From assembly GCA_025363015.1 (NCBI GenBank), contig JANYEQ010000069.1, positions 16,344 to 80,343 of the forward strand: a DNA stretch of 64,000 nucleotides, given 5' to 3'. The notes beneath the pieces are model-generated. The model saw only the letters and a program-made list of their open reading frames with translations, searched no databases and had not been told where the DNA came from. Made by a program: the position numbers and the translations under genes. Position 1 is the first letter of the stretch; every line of letters starts with the position of its first letter. The stretch comes from Bacteroidota bacterium (GTDB lineage Bacteria > Bacteroidota > Bacteroidia > B-17B0 > Aurantibacillaceae). Shown here piece after piece: positions 9,428-18,518 of the stretch.

Positions 9428-9765
9428 GTAAAAAAGATAAAAATAGAGTAAATGTGGTGTATAGCACTAATCCTAATTTTAAATTTGAAAGCGAAGATAC
9501 AAACCACGAAACTACCCTTGCCCCAAACCAACAAAATTTAAAAATATATTTAGATAGATTAGGCGGTGGCAAATTTGTAAGCCGTATAGCTGATTTTATT
9601 GGTACAACAAGTGATTTAGAAAGTTTAGCAAAATTATTAAAACAAAAATGTGGCGGAGGCGGGGGCGCAAAAGATGGTAATATTTTAATACAAGGAGACC
9701 ATCGCGAAAAATTAATTGTTTTATTAGCAAAAGAAGGTTACAAAGCTAAAAAAGCAGGGGGGTAA
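9424..9765 (+). CDS. yciH: SUI1/eIF1-like translation initiation factor
   Basis: VVYSTNP N-terminus, LKQKCGGGGGAKDGNILIQGDHR motif; ATGA overlap with the TPR gene. Confidence 0.9.
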   Translation: MSKKDKNRVNVVYSTNPNFKFESEDTNHETTLAPNQQNLKIYLDRLGGGKFVSRIADFIGTTSDLESLAKLLKQKCGGGGGAKDGNILIQGDHREKLIVLLAKEGYKAKKAGG

Positions 9766-9774
9766 AATTATCGC

Positions 9775-11274
9775 TTACCAATTGTAAATTTTTAATTGAT
9801 AACTAGCTATAGCCATTTGTTTTGAAATTATAAATTGGTTATTTGAAACGCCTATCAATAAAGGGTTTTCTGTTTTTAAAATATCCTCTATTTTTTGTAA
9901 TTTAGATATTTTATTTACTGGGCTAATAAGCGAATAATTTATAATTCCTTTTTTTACATCCGTTTTTTGTAATAAATAAACTGAATTGTTAAGTTCATCT
10001 ATTTTAAAATTTAGCTTTTTTGGAAAGATGATATTTTTATAATAAATAGTTTCAAAACAATTTAAACTATCAGCACATAATTTACCATTCATATCTAAAT
10101 TATCTTGCGTTGTTAAATACGTTTCTATTAAAAGATTTATTTGCATTGTATTTTTTTCTAACGCAAATTGGCCATCGGTATTAATTAATTTATAATTAAT
10201 TGTGTTACAGTAATTAAAACATAAATTTGAATTAATACTTTTAAAAATATCCGTTTCTAAATTCACAAACCCCTCTTTATCAATTTCTAACTTATTTATT
10301 CTAAAAACATAATTTGAACTTGGCTTTTTATTTGCAATTTTTTGTTCTATAATTGGTATTTTAAAATCTTGTTTTAAAATTTGTTCGCCTGTAGAGTCTA
10401 TCTGAGAATAATAAACACAAGCAAAAGCTTGGTTAGTAATACTTAAACTATTTTTTGTTTGATTAAATTGTGTTTCGGTAAATTTTTGTCCAGCAAGATG
10501 AAAAGTTTGAGATAAGGTATCAAAACTATAATTTCCAAATTGATAAAAATTAGTTTCGTTTTTATCATTTAATTTTGTGGCTTTACTTAATTTACCAGTA
10601 ACGGCATTTAATTTTAAAATCCATTGGCCGCTTTTAGTGCCACCCAAAACATTTACATATAAAAATAAATTTAATTTATTTGCAAAAATTAAATGTGCCG
10701 TATTTATATTTTTTCGTTCAAACGGAAATTGCCAAATTTTTTCGTATTCAAAATTATTATACATGTTTTTTAAATTATATTTATTAACGTAAAATTGTTT
10801 GCCAGCAGTATCTGAAACATATTTAATAGTATATACTTGATTTTGGTAACGTAGTACTTCCGTTTCAAAATCAGAAATAGTGTTTAAATGGGCTATATCC
10901 ACATTATCAATTACGACCTCAATTTTTAATTTAGAATTAATCCTAAAAATTGCAAGTGTATTTTTGTTTTTCTTTTGTAAGTATATATTTAAATAATTAT
11001 GTAATGTATCGCTATACAATTGTAAATAATCATCTTTTTGAACGTTAATAAGTAAGCTATCCATAAGCTGTAATTTCATATTTAATTTGTAGATACATAA
11101 TTTACTACCATTGTTCATTGGGCTCGTCGAAACGTTATTTTTTATACCAAAACAAAAAATAGAGTTTGAAAATAATTGCGTACTAGCATTAGATATTGGT
11201 AATTCTAATGTTTGAGAGGATAATGAATTAAAATATCCTAAAAAAATAAATAAGTATAAAATTTTATTCTTCAA
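9775..11274 (-). CDS. Exported hypothetical protein (beta-rich)
   Basis: 499-aa ORF with TTG start and signal-peptide-like N-terminus; overlaps the MFS stop; no family motif recognised. Confidence 0.7.
   Translation of the reverse strand: MKNKILYLFIFLGYFNSLSSQTLELPISNASTQLFSNSIFCFGIKNNVSTSPMNNGSKLCIYKLNMKLQLMDSLLINVQKDDYLQLYSDTLHNYLNIYLQKKNKNTLAIFRINSKLKIEVVIDNVDIAHLNTISDFETEVLRYQNQVYTIKYVSDTAGKQFYVNKYNLKNMYNNFEYEKIWQFPFERKNINTAHLIFANKLNLFLYVNVLGGTKSGQWILKLNAVTGKLSKATKLNDKNETNFYQFGNYSFDTLSQTFHLAGQKFTETQFNQTKNSLSITNQAFACVYYSQIDSTGEQILKQDFKIPIIEQKIANKKPSSNYVFRINKLEIDKEGFVNLETDIFKSINSNLCFNYCNTINYKLINTDGQFALEKNTMQINLLIETYLTTQDNLDMNGKLCADSLNCFETIYYKNIIFPKKLNFKIDELNNSVYLLQKTDVKKGIINYSLISPVNKISKLQKIEDILKTENPLLIGVSNNQFIISKQMAIASYQLKIYNW
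11113..11132. repeat. Degenerate REP-like palindromic element inside a CDS
   Basis: GTTCATTGGGCTCGTCGAAA resembles the TGAGC-N2-4-GTCGAA small-palindrome family as I recall it; it encodes STSPMN in the 9775..11274 ORF. Confidence 0.4.
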
Positions 11275-12523
11275 TTAAACCTTGTTTTTCGCGTTTACTA
11301 TAATCTAAGATAAGTAAATAATACATAATAACACCAAAGGCATAAAGTAACGATGTTATTAAAAAAATATTTGCAAACTGAAAATGATGGGCAAATAAAA
11401 TTTTAACCATAAAGCCACTTATTACCCAACTTCCACTCCAAATGGCTGCTGTTAGTGCACTTGTAATTTCTCTATTTTTTTGGCCAACGTAATTTAAAAT
11501 TAACTCTGTAGTCATTGGTCCTGCTACATTCATAAGTGGTTGGCGTAATAAATAACAAGCGGCTGCAATAATAATAGCAATGGAATACTGACTATAAAAT
11601 TGGGTAGTAGCCAAAGCCACTAACGATATTACAGCTAAAGACTGTGTGGTAGGTATGGCAATTTTATACCCAATACTTTGTTTAATTTTGGGCACCATCA
11701 TAGCACTGTATGCAACTAATACCGCAGCAACTGAACTTAATATAGAAAAGCCACCTTTATCTAAATGATGTACTTTATCAAAAAACAAACTTATAAAAGG
11801 TATGGTTAAACCCGCACCAGTGGCTATTATTAAGGTAGGAATTAAAGCTTTAAAAATTAGTTTCCAGTCCGTTTTTTCGGTAGATTTTGTTTTTACTTTT
11901 TGATGTTCAACCACTATTTCCTTAAAGTTTTTTATTTTAAAAAGAAAAAGTAAACCAAATAATCCTAAACCTGAAAATAATAATAAAATAAATTGTTCGT
12001 TAAAAAAATAGGGGTTGATGCTATCTAATACAGCAATAACAATACCACTTAAAATTCCGGCAAAGCTCCATGTGCTATAGCTTAAAGAGATGCCAGCCGT
12101 ATGATTTTCTTTTTTTGCGTTCCGCAAAATAAATGGTGAAATTGGTATTTGCATAAATGTAAACGATGCGCCCCATAATAATAAACTAATTAGTGTTAAA
12201 TATTTTAGCTGAAATGCAATAGATAAAACAATGGCTATACCAAATAAAGGCACGCATATATTTGATAAATAAAATAAGGGCATTAACTTTTTACTTTTAA
12301 TTAAATTGCCTAAAGGCAAAGCCAAAATAAATACCCCTAAAAACCTAAACGTAATAAACAATGCAATATCCTCATCGCTATAACCTTTGCGTGTCATATA
12401 CAAAGGCAAAATATTCATAAATGTTGCATTTACTAATTGAATAAAAAATTCAGAAATTATTACGTTTAAAACGGGTTTTTCTAAGTTTTTATAATCACCA
12501 ATAAACGAAAATAGTTTAGCCAT
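11264..12523 (-). CDS. MFS transporter
   Basis: About 12 hydrophobic segments in two halves; overlaps both flanking genes. Confidence 0.85.
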   Translation of the reverse strand: MAKLFSFIGDYKNLEKPVLNVIISEFFIQLVNATFMNILPLYMTRKGYSDEDIALFITFRFLGVFILALPLGNLIKSKKLMPLFYLSNICVPLFGIAIVLSIAFQLKYLTLISLLLWGASFTFMQIPISPFILRNAKKENHTAGISLSYSTWSFAGILSGIVIAVLDSINPYFFNEQFILLLFSGLGLFGLLFLFKIKNFKEIVVEHQKVKTKSTEKTDWKLIFKALIPTLIIATGAGLTIPFISLFFDKVHHLDKGGFSILSSVAAVLVAYSAMMVPKIKQSIGYKIAIPTTQSLAVISLVALATTQFYSQYSIAIIIAAACYLLRQPLMNVAGPMTTELILNYVGQKNREITSALTAAIWSGSWVISGFMVKILFAHHFQFANIFLITSLLYAFGVIMYYLLILDYSKREKQGLIEE

Positions 12524-13448
12524 GCGTCATTATAATATCGATATATCCTTTAATTTTTTCAACATCTGTTGGTTCAAACTCTTCAAACGTATCTTTATTT
12601 TTAAACCAAGTCAATTGTCTTTTGGCATAATTGCGGGTATGTTGTTTTATTTTTTCAACTGCAAATTTTAATGTTGTCCTCTCATCTATAAAGTCAAATA
12701 ACTCTTTATAGCCTACTGTTTTTAACGCATTTAAATGTTTATACTTTTGTAATTGTTTAACCTCTTCTAATAAACCCTCCGTCATCATTTCATCAACTCG
12801 TAAATTTATTTTCGAATACAGTTTTTCTCTATTGGTAGTTATTAAAATTTTAATGGGTATAAAGTTGCGTTGTACTTTTTGTTTATTTAAAAACGAAGAG
12901 TATGTTTTGCCAGTAAATTGGCATACTTCAATAGCTCTTATTATGCGTTGCGAGTTATGTATATCCACAAAATTATAATAATCCTCATCTAAAGTTTTTA
13001 GTTTTTGTTGAATAAATGCCAAACCATTTTCTTCAAATTTTTTATTTAATTTTTCTCTAAATTCAATAGGCACTTCAATAAAATCATCAATACCATTTAA
13101 AATAGCGTCAATATATAGCCCCGAACCACCCACTAAAAAAACCAAATCATAATTTATAAATAAATTATTCAACAATTCTATAGCATCTTTTTCGTAATGC
13201 CCAGCGCCATATAAATCTGTAATAGATTTTGTACCAATAAAATAATGTTGAACGTGATTTAGCTGCTCCTCACTGGGTTTTGCTGTTCCTATATTTAATT
13301 CTCTATAAAACTGTCGGGCATCAGCGCTCACTATAACGGTTTTATAATGCCTCGCTAATTCAATTGCTAAAGCTGTTTTGCCAACAGCAGTGGGGCCTGC
13401 AATTACTATTAAATATTTGTTAGTTGTTGAAATACTTTTTACACTTAT
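12516..13448 (-). CDS. miaA: tRNA dimethylallyltransferase (start extended upstream; probable non-canonical ATA start)
   Basis: SADARQFYRELNIGTAKP, VGGSGLY, HNSQRIIRAIE and TRNYAKRQLTWF. The P-loop IVIAGPTAVGKT is in frame upstream of the ORF-track GTG (13331). The extended frame has no ATG/GTG/TTG before a TAG, and ATA at 13448-13446 overlaps the truB TAA. Confidence 0.92.
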   Translation of the reverse strand: MSVKSISTTNKYLIVIAGPTAVGKTALAIELARHYKTVIVSADARQFYRELNIGTAKPSEEQLNHVQHYFIGTKSITDLYGAGHYEKDAIELLNNLFINYDLVFLVGGSGLYIDAILNGIDDFIEVPIEFREKLNKKFEENGLAFIQQKLKTLDEDYYNFVDIHNSQRIIRAIEVCQFTGKTYSSFLNKQKVQRNFIPIKILITTNREKLYSKINLRVDEMMTEGLLEEVKQLQKYKHLNALKTVGYKELFDFIDERTTLKFAVEKIKQHTRNYAKRQLTWFKNKDTFEEFEPTDVEKIKGYIDIIMTHG

Positions 13449-14170
13449 GGGTTCATTAATTCCGAAAATTGTTGTGGACTAATAGCATCCTTCAAATTAA
13501 AATTTCCAATTTTTGTTCTACACAGTTTTGTTAGGTGCGCGCCGCTATTAAGCGCCAAACCATAGTCGCGAGCAATACTACGAATGTAAGTGCCTTTGCT
13601 ACACACAATTTTAAAACTAACCGTTGGCAACTTTACATTGGTAATTTCAAATTCTTTAATTTCTATTTCGCGCGATTTTAATTCCATCTCCTCTCCAGCC
13701 CTTGCATATTCATAAGCGCGTTTGCCATTAATTTGCACGGCGCTAAATAAAGGGGGTACTTGTTGTTGCAAACCAATAAAAGCTTTAGCTGTTTGCAAAA
13801 TATCATTTTCGGTAATATGTTCCGTTGGAAAATTAAAATCAACAGGTTTTTCTAAATCATAACATGGAGTGGTTGCTCCAATAAAAAAAGTACCAGTGTA
13901 CTCTTTTTCCATTCCCATTAATTGATTTATAGTTTTTGTTTTTTTACCAGTGCAAACGATTAATAAACCTGTCGCTAAGGGGTCTAAAGTGCCAGCGTGA
14001 CCAACTTTTGGTTTTATTTTTTTAGGTTCAAAACCTGTCGATGCATCATTTATAATAAAAGAAGGATGATTCTTTATAGCATGTTTAATTTTATTTACAG
14101 CCTGAAAACTGCTCCAGGTATAGGGCTTATCAATTAAAAGAACTTCGCCGTTATAAAAATCGTAATTCAT
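13445..14170 (-). CDS. truB: tRNA pseudouridine(55) synthase
   Basis: LLIDKP, KVGHAGTLDPLATGLLI, GKRAYEYARAG and CSKGTYIRSIA. Confidence 0.96.
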   Translation of the reverse strand: MNYDFYNGEVLLIDKPYTWSSFQAVNKIKHAIKNHPSFIINDASTGFEPKKIKPKVGHAGTLDPLATGLLIVCTGKKTKTINQLMGMEKEYTGTFFIGATTPCYDLEKPVDFNFPTEHITENDILQTAKAFIGLQQQVPPLFSAVQINGKRAYEYARAGEEMELKSREIEIKEFEITNVKLPTVSFKIVCSKGTYIRSIARDYGLALNSGAHLTKLCRTKIGNFNLKDAISPQQFSELMNP

Positions 14171-14369
14171 TTATTTAAGTTAATGGCAAATAGTTATTAG
14201 CTAATCAACAACCGTAAAACAATATTACTGAATGCGGATTAAAACTTTACGAAGATATGTTAAAAATTTATTAACTTAATAACAAGCTTATTTTAAAATT
14301 TAAATTTTTAAAAAAAGATAAAATCTAATCAATTAAAGTGAGTAGTAAATTGATTTTAAAATACTGTCA

Positions 14370-14815
14370 CTAAAGCATATACAAAGGTTGTTTTTGCTCT
14401 TTAGTAACCCTATGGTTCAATTTAAAAAGAGCTTGTACTTTTTCTACAGTTAATGATTTTTCAATAAAATCAGTAACTAATGCGTGATTCATTGCGCGTT
14501 CTCTATCATGAGAATAGATGGAAGAAGACGAAATAAATATAATGAGTTGTTTTTTTATATTTTTATCCATTTTACTAATCAAATCAAGTACATCCCAACC
14601 ATTTAATATGGGCATGTTAATATCGAGAAACACTATGGTTTGTAAATTTGCAACTGAATTTTTGAATTCGTTTTTTATGTAGTTTACGCCGTCAACTGCA
14701 AAATTAAAGCATTTGACATAAATTTTATTGCCAAGCGTATACTTTAATATTAAACTATACAAAAAACTTGTTGTAGAATCATATCAATTATTAAAAAATT
14801 ATTTTTTAATTTCAT
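14370..14815 (-). pseudogene. Single-domain response regulator with 1-nt frameshift near the 5' end
   Basis: ATG at 14815-14813 overlaps the kinase TAA and reads MKLKNNFLIID; the frame then shifts at about 14781 to DSTTSFLYSLILK...VFLDINMPILNGWD...FIEKSL. The span is 446 nt (3n+2). Confidence 0.7.
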
Positions 14816-17800
14816 TAATCGTTATTTTTAAATTCAACCGTAAGCTCAGTTCCTTTATTTACTTCACTACTAATTGAAATTTTTCCACCAAGTGTTTCAA
14901 TATGTGTTTTCGTCATAAACATTCCCATACCTTTTCCTTCTATGTGTAAGTGAAAACGTTTGTAAAGCCCAAATAAGCTTTCCTTATTTTTTTCAAGGTC
15001 AATACCTATTCCATTATCCTTAAAAATTAACAGTATCCCATTTGAAGTTCTTTCGCTTTTTATTTCAATAATAGGACTAGCGTATGGCTTGCGAAACTTG
15101 ATGCTATTTATGATTAGATTATAAAAAATACTGTATAAATAAGTCTTAACAGATAGCATTTTTTCTATACTTCTAAAATCGGTTATAATTACTACGTTTT
15201 CCTTTTTTATACTGTTATTAATACTAAGCGAAATGTCTTCAACTAAACGTTGAAAATGTACTTCCTCTATATTTTCCGAAACGATTGTTGTTGTTTGCAA
15301 AATCTCATTCATGTCCTTAATTACATCATCTAAATTTTTTGCAGCAGTTGCCATACCTTTCATAGAGTCCATAATAATACGCTGGTTGGAATTTTCGTAT
15401 TTCATTAATTCTGCAAATCCGAGAATATTAACAACCGGAGCCCTTAAATTATGTGAAACGATGTAAGAAAATTGCTCTAAATTATTATTTCGTTGAACAA
15501 GATCGCGGGTTATTTTTTCTCTCTCTTTTTCCTCTTTTTTTCTATCCGTAATGTCTGTATGCAATGTTATAATTAGGCGTTCCTTTCCTTCAAATTTCAT
15601 AACGCGAATAGCAAACCACCTTTTCTCTTTAGGGGAGTGACACGGATATTCTAAATAAAAAACATTTTGTTTTTCGTTCAGTATGTCTTTCATACCTTGT
15701 AGTACCTGGCCCGCTATATCATCACCGGCCATAGCTGCTTTTTCGCATGCATCAAAATAATTTGCCCCTTTTCCAACTCGTCCCAGCGCTGTCACTCCAT
15801 TCTTCGAGCCAAACTCGTTCCATGCATTATTCACAGCCATAATGGTACCTTGTTGATCTACTACGGCAATGTGGGCAGTTATAGAATTTATAAGGCTGCG
15901 GTTAAATAATTCGCTTTTTTTTATTTGCTCTCCCTTATTCGTTATATCGGTAATATCTTTAGCGATACAATATATCAGCTTAGAGTCATCATCCCATCTT
16001 GCAGACCAAAGTATATTTACAATAGTTCCATTTTTGTGCCTGCACCTATTTTCAAAAAAATTGATAGGATCTCCATCGATTGCCTTTTCAGCAGCCTTAT
16101 TTGTTTTTTCCACATCTTCACTCAATACCATATTGATATATTTTTTGCCAACTAACTCGCTAGCGTGATACCCAAATATATTTTCTACTGCCTTACTTAC
16201 GTTTACAAATTTCCCCTCTTCATCTATTGAACAAATAATATCTAATGATAAATCCATAAATTTTTGCAAATTAGTTAAAGCTATTTGCAAGTTGTTGGAA
16301 ATTATGATGTGCCGCTCTTCGGCCTGTTTACGTTCCGATATATCCCTAAAATTAGATACAAACGCATTTATTCCAGGCTCATGAAGCATATTGGTCAACG
16401 TTCCCTCGCACCATATCCATGTTCCATTTTTATGTAATAAGCGGTATTGAAATGAAAATGATGCGCCAGGAACTTGAATAATAGTGGTTCTTTTCCTAAT
16501 CAGATGAGGAAGATCCTCAGGGTGAAAAAACGTGAAGGCTGATTTATGCAGAAATTCCTCGATAGAGTATCCAAACAATTTAGTAATTGAGGGACTTCCA
16601 TAAATAAAATCTCCATTAATGTCTGTCAACGTTTTTATATCGTTACTTTTTTCGATAAGCGAGCGGAAACGATTTTCGTTTTCAATAATTATTTCTTCGG
16701 CTAGTTTATGACGTTTTTCTTTCTCAAAAATATCTAGTGCAAAAGAAATATCACCTGTTGCTTCCTGTAATAGTGCAATTTCAGCAGCATCAAAAAAGTT
16801 AATCTCCTCTGCATAGATGTTAAAACTACCAATAATTACTCCTTCTTTCCTGATAGGTAATATTATACACGACTTAATGCCATTAAGTGCCGCAAATGGT
16901 TTCCAGTTATCCAATTCCAAATCACTTTCAATATCATTGCAAACATAATAAGAGTCTGAACGCAAAACATAATCCTGAGGCCCATTGTTTTGATAAGAGG
17001 CGCTAAATAGAGGGATGCTACTATAGGGTATGCCATTTTGATGTGAGAGAAGTATTTTTTTGTAATCGTAGTCAAACTTCCCAATCCAAACCATTTTAAA
17101 CTTGCCAGTTGCAAATGCAATATGGCAGCACTTTTCAAAAAGTGTTTCTTCATCTTTTGTATGAACAATACTCTGGTTGATTTGGCTTATGAACTGATAA
17201 AGCCGAGTTGTTTTTTCAAGTTTTAACTCTGTAATTTTATTTTCATTTATAGAATTTTCTATCCCTACAAGTAAAACATCTGAGCATTTTGTAAATGCAA
17301 AGCTTAACAAAATAAGATTTGAAGAAATAGCAATCCACGCACCAAAACTATAACTAGTAGATATGGGAATATTTATTTTAAAATAGATTAAGAGTGCAAA
17401 ACACACACAAATAAGTGTATTTGCCCAGGCTGAATAATAGGCAGCAGCAGAAGAATAAATAAGAGATGTAAAAACTGTAATTGTAAGCAAAAACAAAAGC
17501 CCAGCACCTGGCAAAGGCAAATAATACAGAAGAGTAAATGATAAACAATATAGAATGAAAATAAAAATAGATTTCCGTAGTTCCAATTTTATTCCGGGAC
17601 TTAACGTTATAATAACCATACAAAAAAAGGTAAATAAATCTACAACGCCAACTACAGCAACTTTGCCAATAAAGGCCATAAAAATACCAGGAATAAGTGC
17701 GATTATGCTTAGTGGAGTGATATAGGTTAGAATGCTACAAAAAGTTTCGTTTCTCCAATAATAAACTTTTTTTAAATCTTGATTTGTATGATGCAAAACA

Positions 17801-17856
17801 ACTGTTTGCACAAAGTTTTTATAAATAGCCCAAAAGTTAAAGTGGTTTGATTTCAT
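14815..17856 (-). CDS. Multi-sensor histidine kinase (membrane domain, GAF, 3 PAS, HisKA, HATPase_c)
   Basis: Hydrophobic N-terminus; GAF (LPIRKEGVIIGSFNIYA); PAS/PAC (HPEDL...HKNGTWIWCE); H-box SHNLRAPV; NLIINSIKF, DNGIGID, GKGMGM. Confidence 0.93.
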   Translation of the reverse strand: MKSNHFNFWAIYKNFVQTVVLHHTNQDLKKVYYWRNETFCSILTYITPLSIIALIPGIFMAFIGKVAVVGVVDLFTFFCMVIITLSPGIKLELRKSIFIFILYCLSFTLLYYLPLPGAGLLFLLTITVFTSLIYSSAAAYYSAWANTLICVCFALLIYFKINIPISTSYSFGAWIAISSNLILLSFAFTKCSDVLLVGIENSINENKITELKLEKTTRLYQFISQINQSIVHTKDEETLFEKCCHIAFATGKFKMVWIGKFDYDYKKILLSHQNGIPYSSIPLFSASYQNNGPQDYVLRSDSYYVCNDIESDLELDNWKPFAALNGIKSCIILPIRKEGVIIGSFNIYAEEINFFDAAEIALLQEATGDISFALDIFEKEKRHKLAEEIIIENENRFRSLIEKSNDIKTLTDINGDFIYGSPSITKLFGYSIEEFLHKSAFTFFHPEDLPHLIRKRTTIIQVPGASFSFQYRLLHKNGTWIWCEGTLTNMLHEPGINAFVSNFRDISERKQAEERHIIISNNLQIALTNLQKFMDLSLDIICSIDEEGKFVNVSKAVENIFGYHASELVGKKYINMVLSEDVEKTNKAAEKAIDGDPINFFENRCRHKNGTIVNILWSARWDDDSKLIYCIAKDITDITNKGEQIKKSELFNRSLINSITAHIAVVDQQGTIMAVNNAWNEFGSKNGVTALGRVGKGANYFDACEKAAMAGDDIAGQVLQGMKDILNEKQNVFYLEYPCHSPKEKRWFAIRVMKFEGKERLIITLHTDITDRKKEEKEREKITRDLVQRNNNLEQFSYIVSHNLRAPVVNILGFAELMKYENSNQRIIMDSMKGMATAAKNLDDVIKDMNEILQTTTIVSENIEEVHFQRLVEDISLSINNSIKKENVVIITDFRSIEKMLSVKTYLYSIFYNLIINSIKFRKPYASPIIEIKSERTSNGILLIFKDNGIGIDLEKNKESLFGLYKRFHLHIEGKGMGMFMTKTHIETLGGKISISSEVNKGTELTVEFKNND

Positions 17857-18008
17857 TTTTTATTTAGTGTAATATTACTTCTAGTTCCTCTACAATTAAG
17901 TTACATCAGTTTGGTATTTATTTTATGCTTTCTTTGTTCTTTTAATCCAACATACTTAAACGCAGTTTCCTAATTATCCTCCGCATGTAGATTTTTTAGA
18001 CTATCTCC

Positions 18009-18428
18009 TCAACTATCTAAGTTTAATTTTTTGAGCATCCATAGCTTTAATACTTCAATAATTTTGTGTGATTCGTTTGATTTATCGAAAAAATAATTTG
18101 CACCTTTTTCAAAGCAAATAAGACGATAGTGAAGTTCATTGTGATTAGTAAATATAATAATCTTTATTTCCGGAAAATTTTGACGCAACTCAATAAGAAG
18201 ATCTATTCCTGTTTGCTCTTCTTCGCCAACTGAAAGATTAATGTCAAGTATAACAACATCGGGTTTAAGCTTATTTATTAAATTTTGAGCAGATGAAATA
18301 CTGAAAGCGTTTCCTAAAAACGCTAAACCTTCAATTTCTCGGAGAATTAATTCGGTTCGTTGTGCTATAACTGACGAATCATCAACTGTAATAACTTTTA
18401 AGATAGGTATTATTGTATTTTCATTCAC
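18009..18428 (-). CDS. Single-domain response regulator (NarL-type receiver)
   Basis: VITVDDS, VVILDINL, IIIFT, YFFDKS. GTG at 18428 follows an A-rich tract and is preferred over the TTG at 18467. Confidence 0.85.
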   Translation of the reverse strand: MNENTIIPILKVITVDDSSVIAQRTELILREIEGLAFLGNAFSISSAQNLINKLKPDVVILDINLSVGEEEQTGIDLLIELRQNFPEIKIIIFTNHNELHYRLICFEKGANYFFDKSNESHKIIEVLKLWMLKKLNLDS

Positions 18429-18518
18429 GGTTTTTTTACAAATAACCACAAATGAAAAGAGGTGCAAAATAGGGCGAATTATGAAAAGTATGTAGTATTT
18501 TGTACTACAAACTAAAAT

